Below are positions 19,866 through 31,017 of a stretch of DNA of 64,000 bases, one piece after another. Location: the NCBI GenBank assembly GCA_020723185.1, contig DYJI01000007.1, positions 59,003 to 123,002 on the forward strand. The letters are read 5' to 3'. The notes beneath the pieces were generated by a model. That model had not been told where the DNA came from and ran no database searches. It saw nothing but the letters and a program-made list of their open reading frames with translations. Position 1 is the stretch's first letter. Each line of letters starts with the position of its first letter. The stretch is from Sideroxydans lithotrophicus. GTDB lineage: Bacteria; Pseudomonadota; Gammaproteobacteria; Burkholderiales; Gallionellaceae. The position numbers were made by a program, and so were the translations under genes.

Positions 19866-20975
19866 TCAGAACTGGTAACCCAGACCGAGGTTGAATCCGT
19901 CATACTCGCTCTGTCCGGCGGGGGCGCGTTGATGTTGATAGTCGATCTTCACCACAACATCGGGGTGTGGCCAGAAGTTCATACCAAGATCGGTCTGATG
20001 ATAACGGCTGTCGCCGACATCTCCTGCGCGGTTGTCCCAACGGCTGTGGCGTGCGAACAATCCCCAGCGCTCAGAAAGTCGCCATGAGGGTTCTGCGTAC
20101 CAGCCGTTCTGTCTGTCCGCACCTGCCGATGCGGGGCCGCTTCCCGCCAGTGCCCATCCCGCATACAGCAGGCGCAAACCGAACGAGCCGCGCGTGAGCA
20201 CCGCATGGGTCTCGTACAGGGTCGCCGCACCGGCTGTGGCATCAGCACCCTGAGTGATGTCCGATTGGCGATGCAGTGTGGCGGTCAGTTCCAGTCCGGG
20301 CATACCCGTCCATTTCAGACGGCCTGTATATGCGGCTTCGACAGCCGTGGCCTTGGACATGTTCTGGCGGCCGGCACGTACCGCGTAGTTCGCGGCGGCG
20401 GTCGTGGACAGGCCGCTGGTCAGTGCCGCTTCGAGGGTGATGCCGTTCTGGTAATGCTGGGACAGCATCACGCCGCCTTCGCTCCAGGTGGTGGGGATGA
20501 TGTTCGTCTCTACCGGATTGCGCTCCACACCATAGAAGGTCGGCGGTTCATGCGTCTCGCTGAGGATGCCGACCGGCATGAGCAGCATGCCTGCCTTGAG
20601 GCTCATCGCTTCATTCAGCGTGTATTCGATGTAAGCCTGTTCCAGTACCACGACCCCCGAACTTCCAGTATCGCTATGTTCAACTTCAAGTTCGGAGAAG
20701 AGTCGTGTCCGCTCGTCGAAATCATGCGATACGAACAGGACGAGACGGTGGATATCGATCTCGTCCTTGTCTCTGCCGTTCCGATCCTTGAGTTTGTTCA
20801 GGTGCAGTTCGCCGTAGCTGCCGAAGCGGGTCCGTTGATCGTCATGGTATTGAGTGCTGCTCAGCATGGCTTCCAGCCTTTCGATTCGCTGTTCCAGCAT
20901 TGCATCCGCAGCGGATGCGGTCAGCGGAATCATCATGACAAACTTGGCGATGTGTTGATGGATGGTGATGTTCAT
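19866..20975 (-). CDS. Outer-membrane porin (OprO/P-like beta-barrel), Fur-boxed
   Basis: SYGELH...IHRLVLFVSHDF...SELEVEH, HEPPTFYGVERN, C-terminal LGLGYQF. Confidence 0.75.
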   Translation of the reverse strand: MNITIHQHIAKFVMMIPLTASAADAMLEQRIERLEAMLSSTQYHDDQRTRFGSYGELHLNKLKDRNGRDKDEIDIHRLVLFVSHDFDERTRLFSELEVEHSDTGSSGVVVLEQAYIEYTLNEAMSLKAGMLLMPVGILSETHEPPTFYGVERNPVETNIIPTTWSEGGVMLSQHYQNGITLEAALTSGLSTTAAANYAVRAGRQNMSKATAVEAAYTGRLKWTGMPGLELTATLHRQSDITQGADATAGAATLYETHAVLTRGSFGLRLLYAGWALAGSGPASAGADRQNGWYAEPSWRLSERWGLFARHSRWDNRAGDVGDSRYHQTDLGMNFWPHPDVVVKIDYQHQRAPAGQSEYDGFNLGLGYQF

Positions 20976-21020
20976 GGAAACTCCTGTGTTGGTTAGTGAT
21001 CTGTTTTGCAGTATTCAAAC

Positions 21021-21057
21021 GATAATGATTCTCAATATAGATGATAATGATTATCAT
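21021..21057. promoter_or_regulatory. Two Fur boxes between the divergent porin operon and fur
   Basis: Perfect 7-1-7 TGATAAT-G-ATTATCA at 21042-21056; degenerate GATAATGATTCTCAA at 21021-21035. Confidence 0.85.
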
Positions 21058-21127
21058 GTGCAAGAGAAATTTGTTAGACTGTGCAAAAGCCGGATCGGAT
21101 TGTCCGGTTTGGAAAAAGGAGGGAGAT

Positions 21128-21553
21128 ATGGACAGCGAAGAGTTGCGCAATGCAGGCTTGAAGGTGACGACACCCCGTCTCAAGATATTGACCCTGCTGG
21201 AAAAATCCGCCGAGCGTCACATGACGGCCGACACCATCTACCGGCTGCTGGTGGAAGGCGGCGAAGTGATCGGACTGGCGACGGTATATCGGGCGCTGGC
21301 TCAATTCGAGGCGGCCGGCCTCATTACGCGTCATCACTTCGACAGCGGCCAGACGGTATACGAGCTGGAACGCGGTCCGCACCACGACCACATCGTTTGC
21401 ATCCGCTGCGGCCGGGTGGAGGAGTTCTATGACAAGGTGATCGAAGAACGCCAGCGCGAGATCGCTGCTTCACTCGGGTTCACGCTGAGCGATCATGCGT
21501 TGACGCTGTACGGCGAGTGCAACAGTCAGGACTGTCCGGGACGTCAGGGTTAA
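21128..21553 (+). CDS. fur: Ferric uptake regulator (Fur family)
   Basis: GLKVTTPR, GLATVYR, HHDHIVCIRCG...EF; ATG after GGGAG. Confidence 0.9.
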   Translation: MDSEELRNAGLKVTTPRLKILTLLEKSAERHMTADTIYRLLVEGGEVIGLATVYRALAQFEAAGLITRHHFDSGQTVYELERGPHHDHIVCIRCGRVEEFYDKVIEERQREIAASLGFTLSDHALTLYGECNSQDCPGRQG

Positions 21554-21612
21554 GGCGTATTCGTGCCGTGCCTGTTGGGCTATACTTCCGCAAGTCGTCA
21601 AACTACAGTTGA

Positions 21613-21972
<360 letters not shown>

Positions 21973-22005
21973 TCGTCCGGGCGGGGGCCTAGCGGACGTG
22001 ATCTG

Positions 22006-23706
22006 ATGTCCATGATCGCCAACTGGTGGTACGGCTTGAGCATGCGTCTCAAGCTATCCCTGCTGATCCAGGTGGGGCTGCTCATCGTCCTCGTTTTCAC
22101 CCAGCGCTGGCTGATGGCCAGCTTCGAAGCCAAGATCCTGCAGTCGGCACAAGTGCGTGCGGAGGAGGTGGCCGACGGCATCATCAACGGTATGAACATG
22201 CTGATGTTGACCGGGCAGATATCCGATCCCGCCAACCGGACGCTGTTCATCGACAAGATGAGCAAGTCTCGCGGCATACGCGAACTGCGCATCATCCGTT
22301 CCGAGCTGGTGGACCGACAGTTCGGCCCCGGACTGCCGGAGGAACGGGTGCGGGATGAGATCGACCAGCGAGTGTTGCAGACCGGAAAGCCGTATTTCGA
22401 GCGGCGAGATGCCGAGAAGCAGTCATTGCGCGCGGTCTTCCCCTTCATCGCCAGCCACAACTACAAGGGTACCGATTGCCTGGCCTGCCACCATGTGCCG
22501 GATGGTACGGTGAACGGCGCGGCGAGCATCGTGCTCGACCTTACCGAAGAATTCTCCTTGATTGACTCCATCAATGCCTGGCTGTGGATGGGGCAGTTGT
22601 TGTTGCAGCTGGTGCTGTTCTTCATGATTGATGTGCTGATCCGTTCTTTCACCGATCCGCTCAACAAATTGCAGCACGTCATGTCTGCCATTCAGGAGGA
22701 CGGAGACCTTTCACGGCGGGTCGACCTCAAGTCGCGCGACGAGATCGGCAGGATGGGCGATGCGTTCAATGCACTGGCAGACAGCCTGCAGGCGAGCGTG
22801 GAGCAGGTGAGGGCCGGGCAGGAGCAACTGCGTTTGGCGGCGGAAGTGTTCGTCAGCAGTGCGGAGGCCATCGTGATCACCGATGTGGACAACAACATCA
22901 TGCAAGTGAATCGGGCCTTCACCCAGATCACGGGATATTCTGCCGAAGAAGTGATCGGCAAGAATCCGCGCATCCTGAAGTCGGGCGAGCAGGGGCCGGA
23001 GTTCTACAAGGAGATGTGGGAGACCCTGCTTTCGACCGGCGCATGGCAAGGCGAGGTGATGGACCGACGCAAGAGCGGCGAGGTCTACCCGAAGTGGTTG
23101 TCGATCGCCGTGGTGCGGAACGAGCAGGGCGAGATCACCAATTACATCGCACTGTTCACGGACATCACTGAGCGCAGGGCATCCTTCGAGCGGATACAGC
23201 AGTTGGCGCATTTCGATGCCCTGACCGAGCTGCCCAACCGCACGTTGTTGAACCAGCACATCGAGCAATCCATACTGACCGCCAAACGCAACCGGAACAG
23301 GATGGCCTTGCTGTTCCTCGATCTTGATGGCTTCAAGGGTGTGAACGACACGATGGGCCACCATGCGGGAGATATGTTGCTGCGCGAAGTATCCGTTCGG
23401 CTGAAAGGCTGCGTCCGCGAGACGGATATGGTGTCACGACTGGGTGGGGATGAGTTCGTCGTCGTGATGTCCGCTATCAACAGATCAGAGGATGCCGCGA
23501 AGGTGGCACAAAAGATCATCGATTCTCTGGGCGAACCATTCCAGATCGAAGGGTATGCGGTGAACATCGGTACCAGCATAGGCATCAGCATCTACCCGGA
23601 CGATGCGGACGAAAGCGATGCCTTGAAGAAGTTCGCCGATGCTGCGATGTACGAGGTCAAGCAGGCGGGTAAGAACCATTACCGTTTTCACGGCCGCCTG
23701 TTTTAA
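22006..23706 (+). CDS. Diguanylate cyclase with periplasmic c-type heme motif, HAMP and PAS domains
   Basis: Two TM segments flank a CLACH motif; PAS (VNRAFTQITGY); RETD I-site and GGDEF. Confidence 0.88.
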   Translation: MSMIANWWYGLSMRLKLSLLIQVGLLIVLVFTQRWLMASFEAKILQSAQVRAEEVADGIINGMNMLMLTGQISDPANRTLFIDKMSKSRGIRELRIIRSELVDRQFGPGLPEERVRDEIDQRVLQTGKPYFERRDAEKQSLRAVFPFIASHNYKGTDCLACHHVPDGTVNGAASIVLDLTEEFSLIDSINAWLWMGQLLLQLVLFFMIDVLIRSFTDPLNKLQHVMSAIQEDGDLSRRVDLKSRDEIGRMGDAFNALADSLQASVEQVRAGQEQLRLAAEVFVSSAEAIVITDVDNNIMQVNRAFTQITGYSAEEVIGKNPRILKSGEQGPEFYKEMWETLLSTGAWQGEVMDRRKSGEVYPKWLSIAVVRNEQGEITNYIALFTDITERRASFERIQQLAHFDALTELPNRTLLNQHIEQSILTAKRNRNRMALLFLDLDGFKGVNDTMGHHAGDMLLREVSVRLKGCVRETDMVSRLGGDEFVVVMSAINRSEDAAKVAQKIIDSLGEPFQIEGYAVNIGTSIGISIYPDDADESDALKKFADAAMYEVKQAGKNHYRFHGRLF

Positions 23707-24213
23707 GCAACACCCTGGCTGCGCCGCTTCCGCCCGCATTCAGCGGCGCATCGCAAAAGGCCAGTACCTGCGGATGCTGGGCCAGCCAGTGTCTGGACAA
23801 GCGTTTCAACAAACCCTCCCCGTGCTCGCTGTGCCAGCCTTTGCCGTGGATCACGTGCACGCAGCGCACGCCCTGCCGCGTAGCCTGGTACAGGAACGCG
23901 GTCAGCAGCTTTCTCGCCTCATCGCTGTTTAAGCCATGCAGATCCAGTTCGTCCTGCACCGGCCACTCGCCGTGCCGCAGTTTGCGCAGGGTCATGCGGT
24001 TAAGTCCGTTGCCCAGGTATTCGGTGGGGGCGATATCGTCCGCACCATGATCGGAGAGCGTGTCGGCGACTTCTGTTTCGGTAAGGCGGCTTTGTGGGCG
24101 CGGTTTGCGGGGAGAGGGGGGGGAAGGTGGGCGACGGTCATTGGGCTTGAGCGGCGTCACGTCGTCCAGCAGTTGCCGGAACAAGTCTGCATCCTGTCCC
24201 GGCGTGTCTTTCA

Positions 24214-24214
<1 letters not shown>
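23657..24214 (-). CDS. Smr/MutS2 domain protein
   Basis: LDLHG, VIHGKG, GGSGA motifs; start overlaps the trxB stop (TGATG). Confidence 0.88.
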
Positions 24215-25212
<998 letters not shown>

Positions 25213-25253
25213 TTAACAGTAGGGGGGAGAGCTGTCGAGTAAAATGCTCGGCC

Positions 25254-26207
25254 ATGAGATTGATCAGCCTGTTTGTCCTGTTGTTGTCGAGCCTGCCCGC
25301 CTTTGCGGCCAATCTGCCCGGTATCCCCCAATTCATCGATGAGATGGTCGAGCGCCATCATTTCAAGCGAGCAGACCTGGAGCGCGTGTTCCGCCGCGCG
25401 GAGCGCCGTCCCGACGTGATCGAGGCGATCGAGAAACCGGCGACATTGAAGCCCTGGGCCGAGTATCGCGCCAATTTCGTCAACCCGCAGCGCATCAAGG
25501 ACGGACTCGGGTTCTGGAAGCGGCACGAGACCTACCTGCAACGCGCTCAACAGCAGTTCGGCGTGCCGGCCGAATACATCGTCGCCATCATCGGCGTGGA
25601 GACCATGTACGGCAAGCAGACCGGACGTTTTCGCACGCTGGATGCGCTGACCACACTGGCATTCGACTACCCGCGTCGTGCGCCGTATTTCCGGGCGGAG
25701 CTAGAACAGTATCTGCTGCTGTCGAGTGAACAGGATTTCAATCTGCTGGCCATCAATTCATCCTACGCCGGTGCCCTGGGCATCCCGCAGTTCATGCCCA
25801 GCAACTACCGCAAGTATGCGCTGGACTACAACGGCAACGGGCACATAGACATCCTGCATGAGCCGGCCGATGCCATCGGTAGCGTGGCGAACTACTTCAA
25901 GCACTACGGTTGGCGCAGCGGCGAGCCGGTCGCAAGCAGGGTCAATGTCGCCGAACCCGGGAAGCTGGGCGATCTGCTGGTGGCGAGGCCGGTCAAGGGG
26001 TGGACGACCGATGCGGGGGTGTCGTTCGGAGCCGGTGAGCAGGCGGGATTGCCCCCGGCCTGGCTGCTGGATCTGACGCTGGAGAACGGCAAGGAATACT
26101 GGCTGGTGTTCGAGAACTTCGACGTCATCATGCGTTACAACATCAGCAGCTACTACGCGATGTCGGTGCACCAACTGGCGCAGGCACTGCGCGCGGCGCG
26201 ACCCTAG
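25254..26207 (+). CDS. mltB: Lytic murein transglycosylase B
   Basis: IIGVETMYG, SSYAGALGIPQFMPSNY, YNISSYYAMSV. Confidence 0.92.
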   Translation: MRLISLFVLLLSSLPAFAANLPGIPQFIDEMVERHHFKRADLERVFRRAERRPDVIEAIEKPATLKPWAEYRANFVNPQRIKDGLGFWKRHETYLQRAQQQFGVPAEYIVAIIGVETMYGKQTGRFRTLDALTTLAFDYPRRAPYFRAELEQYLLLSSEQDFNLLAINSSYAGALGIPQFMPSNYRKYALDYNGNGHIDILHEPADAIGSVANYFKHYGWRSGEPVASRVNVAEPGKLGDLLVARPVKGWTTDAGVSFGAGEQAGLPPAWLLDLTLENGKEYWLVFENFDVIMRYNISSYYAMSVHQLAQALRAARP

Positions 26208-26208
26208 G

Positions 26209-26667
26209 TCAATAGATGCGTCGTGCGCCGTTGTAACGAGACTTCCAGTAGTCGACCTCCATGCTTTCCACCCGGATGCGGCTGCCGGTCTTGGGTGAAT
26301 GCACGAACTTCCTTTCTCCGACGTAGATGCCCACATGCGAGTAAGGTCGGCGCTGGGTGTCGAAGAACACCAGGTCGCCGGGACGCAAGTCGCTCTGACG
26401 CAAGGGGTCGCCGACCCGGCTGATCTCCCCGCTTGTGCGCGGCAGCGAGACATCCAGCACTTCCCGGTAGACGTGTCCGACATAACCGCTGCAATCGAAA
26501 CCGCTGCGCGCATCGTTGCCGCCATACTGGTATGGCGTCTCGGCCAGGCTCATGGCGTACATCACCAGATCGTTCATGCGCTCGTTGTGCGCGACATCCC
26601 GATGTGCCGGGGTCGAGCCGCAGGCGGTGAGCAGGATGGTCAGAAAGAGCAGGGAGAGTTTTTGCAT
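26209..26667 (-). CDS. NlpC/P60 lipoprotein peptidase
   Basis: LLTAC lipobox, GFDCSG, HVGIY...HSP. Confidence 0.9.
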   Translation of the reverse strand: MQKLSLLFLTILLTACGSTPAHRDVAHNERMNDLVMYAMSLAETPYQYGGNDARSGFDCSGYVGHVYREVLDVSLPRTSGEISRVGDPLRQSDLRPGDLVFFDTQRRPYSHVGIYVGERKFVHSPKTGSRIRVESMEVDYWKSRYNGARRIY

Positions 26668-26792
26668 GCGGGCCTCGTGTTCGTTCACCGGATTATAACG
26701 GCAAGCACGCGCAGTTGCGGGAGGTGCAAAACCCGGTCCCGCAGATCATGCTTCTCAAGTAGAATCGGGGCATCAATCAACTGGAGTATGAG

Positions 26793-27884
26793 ATGAGTTT
26801 TTCCGAAGCCGATGTACAGAATGCACTGAAGGGGCTGATCGATCCGAATACCAAAAAGGATTTCGTCAGCGGCAGATCCGTCAAGAACGTGAAGGTCAGT
26901 GGCAGCGATGTGGCTCTGGACATTCTGCTGGGGTATCCCGCGCAGAGTGTCCTGGGGGAGATCAAGGCGCAGGTCGAGACCCATCTGAAAGGAGCTTTGT
27001 CCGGTGCGGGCAAGGTCGAAGCCAATGTCAGCAGCAAGGTGGTGCCGCATGCGGTGCAGCGTGGTGTGAAACTGGTGGATGGGGTGAAGAACATCATCGC
27101 CGTGGCTTCCGGCAAAGGCGGCGTGGGCAAGAGCACCACCGCGGTCAACCTGGCGCTGGCGCTGGCGGCCGAGGGCGCGCGCGTCGGCATGCTGGATGCG
27201 GACATCTACGGCCCTTCGCAACCTACGATGCTGGGTCTTAGCGGGAACCCCGATTCCGAGGACGGCAAGACCATGAAGCCGCTCATCAACCACGGCCTGC
27301 AAGTGATGTCCATCGGCTTCCTCATCGATGCCGATACACCGATGATCTGGCGCGGCCCGATGGTGACGCAGGCGCTGGACCAGCTGTTGCACCAGACGAA
27401 GTGGGACAACCTCGATTATCTGGTGATCGACCTGCCGCCCGGCACCGGCGACATCCAGCTCACGCTGGCGCAGAAGGTGCCGGTCACCGGTGCGGTGATC
27501 GTCACCACGCCGCAGGACATCGCGCTGATGGACGCGCGCAAGGGACTCAAGATGTTCGAGAAGGTCGACGTCAAGATCATCGGCATCGTGGAGAACATGA
27601 GCACACATATCTGCTCGAAATGCGGCCACGAGGAGCATATCTTCGGTGCCGGTGGCGGCGAGAAGATGTGTGCCGATTACAACACCGAGTTCCTCGGCAG
27701 TCTGCCGCTGGACATCCGCATCCGCGAGCAGGCCGATTCCGGCACGCCGACCGTGGTCGCCGATCCGGATGGCAACATCGCCAGGGTGTACAGGCAGATC
27801 GCCCGCCGCGTGGCGGTGAAGATCGCCGACATGGCGCAGGACCATAGCGCCGCGTTCCCGAAGATCGTGGTGCAGAACACCTGA
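26793..27884 (+). CDS. apbC: Fe-S cluster carrier ATPase ApbC/Mrp
   Basis: [31 protein letters not shown]. Confidence 0.95.
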   Translation: MSFSEADVQNALKGLIDPNTKKDFVSGRSVKNVKVSGSDVALDILLGYPAQSVLGEIKAQVETHLKGALSGAGKVEANVSSKVVPHAVQRGVKLVDGVKNIIAVASGKGGVGKSTTAVNLALALAAEGARVGMLDADIYGPSQPTMLGLSGNPDSEDGKTMKPLINHGLQVMSIGFLIDADTPMIWRGPMVTQALDQLLHQTKWDNLDYLVIDLPPGTGDIQLTLAQKVPVTGAVIVTTPQDIALMDARKGLKMFEKVDVKIIGIVENMSTHICSKCGHEEHIFGAGGGEKMCADYNTEFLGSLPLDIRIREQADSGTPTVVADPDGNIARVYRQIARRVAVKIADMAQDHSAAFPKIVVQNT

Positions 27885-27891
27885 AGCTTCC

Positions 27892-28641
27892 ATGCGCATC
27901 CTGATCAGCAACGACGACGGCTATTTCGCGCCGGGTCTGGCCTGCCTGGCGCAGCACCTTTCCGCCATCGCCGAAGTGACTGTGGTCGCCCCCGAGCGAG
28001 ACCGCAGCGGGGCCAGCAATTCGCTCACCCTGAACCGGCCGCTCAACCTGCGCAAGGCGTCCAGCGGTTTCCATTATGTGGACGGTACGCCGACTGACTG
28101 CGTGCACCTCGCAGTGACCGGCATGCTGGATGTGCAACCGGACATCATCGTGTCCGGCATCAACGCCGGGGCGAACATGGGTGACGACACCATCTATTCC
28201 GGAACGGTGGCGGCTGCGACGGAGGGGTTCCTGCTGGGCATCCCTGCCATCGCCATTTCCATGGCGAAGCACGACCCCGCGCATTACGAGACGGCAGGCA
28301 GGGTCGCAGTCGAACTTGTGCAGCGTTTCATGCGCGAAAGCCGGCCGCATCCCTGGTTGCTCAATGTGAACGTGCCGGACATCCCTTACGAACAATTGCA
28401 AGGGACGGAAGTCACCCGTCTGGGCAAGCGTCACAAGGCCGAGCCGGTGGTCAAGGCCAGCAATCCGCACGGGCAACCCATCTATTGGGTCGGGCCTGCG
28501 GGCAAGGCGCAGGATGCGGGCGAGGGCACGGATTTCAACGCGATCAACCATGGCCGAGTCTCCATCACGCCGCTGCAGATCGATCTGACGCAATACAGCC
28601 AGCTCGATGCTGTGCGCGCCTGGATGGGGGCGCTTGCATGA
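27892..28641 (+). CDS. surE: 5'/3'-nucleotidase SurE
   Basis: [31 protein letters not shown]. Confidence 0.96.
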   Translation: MRILISNDDGYFAPGLACLAQHLSAIAEVTVVAPERDRSGASNSLTLNRPLNLRKASSGFHYVDGTPTDCVHLAVTGMLDVQPDIIVSGINAGANMGDDTIYSGTVAAATEGFLLGIPAIAISMAKHDPAHYETAGRVAVELVQRFMRESRPHPWLLNVNVPDIPYEQLQGTEVTRLGKRHKAEPVVKASNPHGQPIYWVGPAGKAQDAGEGTDFNAINHGRVSITPLQIDLTQYSQLDAVRAWMGALA

Positions 28642-29294
28642 ATCTGCAGCATGCGGGCATCGGCATGACCTCGCCGCGCACGCGCGCGCGCATGATCGAG
28701 CGCTTGCGCACCCAGGGCATACGCGACGAGACCGTGCTGGCGGCGATGAACAGCGTGCCGCGTCACCTGTTCGTGGATGAGGCACTGGCGGGGCGCGCCT
28801 ACGACGATGTCTCGCTGCCGATCAACTATGGTCAGACCATCTCGCAACCCTACATCGTGGCGCGCATGACCGAGGTGTTGCGCAACGGCAAGCAACTGGG
28901 CAAGGTGCTGGAGGTCGGTACCGGCTGCGGCTACCAGGCGGCGGTGCTGGCGCAGGTGGCACAACAGGTCTACAGCGTGGAACGCATCCTGCCCTTGCAT
29001 GAACGCGCCAGAAAACTCCTGCGCGAATTGAAGATCAGGAATGTGGTCTTGCGTCACGCGGATGGTTCAAGCGGCTTGAGTGAAGGGGCGCCGTTCGACG
29101 GCATCATCATGGCTTGCGCCGCGCCGGCATTGTCCGAGGCGCTGAAATCCCAGCTGGCAGTGGGTGGTAGAATGGTGCTGCCGGTCGGTACACAGGAACA
29201 ATTCCTCTATCTGGTCGAGCGTACCGAGAGCGGTTTCAAGGAGACACGTCTGGAGGCGGTTAAGTTCGTACCGCTGCTGGCAGGGATGGCATGA
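28638..29294 (+). CDS. pcm: Protein-L-isoaspartate O-methyltransferase
   Basis: [25 protein letters not shown]. Confidence 0.95.
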   Translation: MNLQHAGIGMTSPRTRARMIERLRTQGIRDETVLAAMNSVPRHLFVDEALAGRAYDDVSLPINYGQTISQPYIVARMTEVLRNGKQLGKVLEVGTGCGYQAAVLAQVAQQVYSVERILPLHERARKLLRELKIRNVVLRHADGSSGLSEGAPFDGIIMACAAPALSEALKSQLAVGGRMVLPVGTQEQFLYLVERTESGFKETRLEAVKFVPLLAGMA

Positions 29295-30181
29295 CTGGCC
29301 TCATTTCGAAAACACGACATACGATTCCATTTCTTATCGTCTGGCTGGCGGCTGCGCTGCTGAGCGCCTGCGCGGGGCCGGCAGCCAGCGGCAAGCGCGC
29401 GCCTATCGTGGAATATGGGGCGGGTCCTGTCCCCTACGTCGCCGAGAAGGCCGCCGAGACCACTACGATGTATGTGGTACAGGCGGGTGACACCCTGTAC
29501 AGCATCGCCTTCCAGAACGGTTTGGACTATATGGAAGTGGCGCAGCAGAATGGTCTCAAGGATCCGACCTCCATACAGATCGGGCAGAAGCTGCGTTTGA
29601 TCGTGCCAGCCGAAGAAGTGGTTTCCGATCAGCCTGTGCAGACTGTGACGCGCATCCCGCGTGCGGGCGAGGTCAAGAACCAGCCCAAGGTGGGGCGTTT
29701 GCTCTATTCCGAGCAGGCATTGGCCAAAGCGCAACGCATGCAGGAAGATGAACCTTCCGCTTCGACTGTCGCGAGTACCACGCCCGCGCCGACTGTGGTG
29801 GAAGAGGGCGTTGAATGGGGGATGCCGACACGCGGCAAGGTCATCGCGGGTTATTCGAAAGGCTCCAATCGCAAGGGGGTGGACATCGCCGGTTCGAAAG
29901 GACAGCCGATCCTCGCCAGTGCATCAGGGAAGGTTGTGTACAGTGGTAGCGGCCTGCGCGGCTACGGCAAGTTGATCATCATCAAGCACAACGCCACTTA
30001 CCTCAGTGCCTATGCCCACAACGAGCGCCTGCTGGTGAAGGAAGGGCAGAGCGTGCGCAAGGGGCAGAAGATCGCCGAGATGGGCAGCACCGATGCGGAT
30101 CAGGTCAAGCTGCATTTCGAGATCCGGCGCATGGGCAAGCCGGTCGATCCTGCCAAGTATCTGCCGCTGATCAAGTCTTGA
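29291..30181 (+). CDS. nlpD: LysM/M23 lipoprotein NlpD
   Basis: LLSAC lipobox, LysM (VQAGDTLYSIA), M23 (KGVDIAG, YAHN, LHFEIR). Confidence 0.92.
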   Translation: MTGLISKTRHTIPFLIVWLAAALLSACAGPAASGKRAPIVEYGAGPVPYVAEKAAETTTMYVVQAGDTLYSIAFQNGLDYMEVAQQNGLKDPTSIQIGQKLRLIVPAEEVVSDQPVQTVTRIPRAGEVKNQPKVGRLLYSEQALAKAQRMQEDEPSASTVASTTPAPTVVEEGVEWGMPTRGKVIAGYSKGSNRKGVDIAGSKGQPILASASGKVVYSGSGLRGYGKLIIIKHNATYLSAYAHNERLLVKEGQSVRKGQKIAEMGSTDADQVKLHFEIRRMGKPVDPAKYLPLIKS

Positions 30182-31017
30182 GCGACAACTCATTAAACGT
30201 AAACGACCATGACCGGTCCAGTGCCGGTCTGCGCTATGTCTATCCTGTCGTATCGCGCCGCGCGGGCGGCGTTTCCATCGGCATCAATCTCAACACCGAT
30301 AACGCCTGCAACTGGCGCTGCATCTATTGCCAGGTGCCCGATCTGAAACTCGGAACGGCCCCGCCGGTCGATTTGGCATTGCTGGAACGGGAGTTGAGCG
30401 GTTTCCTGCAAGAACTGCAGCAGGGCGATTTCATGCAGCGTGTGCCACCCGGAATGCGGCGCATCAACGATATCGCACTCTCCGGCAATGGCGAACCTAC
30501 CAGTGCACGGGAGTTCGCCGAAGTCATCGAACTGATCGGCAGGTTGAAGCCGGCCGACATCAAGCTGGTGCTGATCACCAACGGTAGTTTGATGCAGCGC
30601 GACTCTGTGCAACAGGGGCTGCGCCGCATGGCGCAACTGGAAGGTGAGGTATGGTTCAAGCTGGATCGAGCCAGCGAGGAAGGCATGCAGCGCGTGAACG
30701 ACACCAGGGCCACGATGGATACCGTCCTCAGGAATCTGGCGACCGCCGCGAGCTGCTGCCCCAATACCTGGTTGCAGACCTGCTGGTTCGCGCTGGATGG
30801 TGAGGCTCCCGGCAAGCAGGATGAGGAGGACTATCTTGAACTCCTGGCTGCTTGCAAGGAGAAGGGCATCCGCCTGCAAGGGGTGCTGCTGTACGGTCTG
30901 GCGCGCCCGTCCTTGCAAGTCGAAGCGCCACGTCTTTCGGCCTTGTCCGCGGCACAGATGGAAGCGTTCGCTGCCCGTATCCGGGTGGCTGGCTACCCGG
31001 TCAAGTTGGCGATTTAA
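30178..31017 (+). CDS. Radical SAM protein of unknown function
   Basis: CNWRCIYC triad, ALSGNGEPT, LITNGS; TTGA overlap with nlpD. Confidence 0.85.
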   Translation: MSDNSLNVNDHDRSSAGLRYVYPVVSRRAGGVSIGINLNTDNACNWRCIYCQVPDLKLGTAPPVDLALLERELSGFLQELQQGDFMQRVPPGMRRINDIALSGNGEPTSAREFAEVIELIGRLKPADIKLVLITNGSLMQRDSVQQGLRRMAQLEGEVWFKLDRASEEGMQRVNDTRATMDTVLRNLATAASCCPNTWLQTCWFALDGEAPGKQDEEDYLELLAACKEKGIRLQGVLLYGLARPSLQVEAPRLSALSAAQMEAFAARIRVAGYPVKLAI

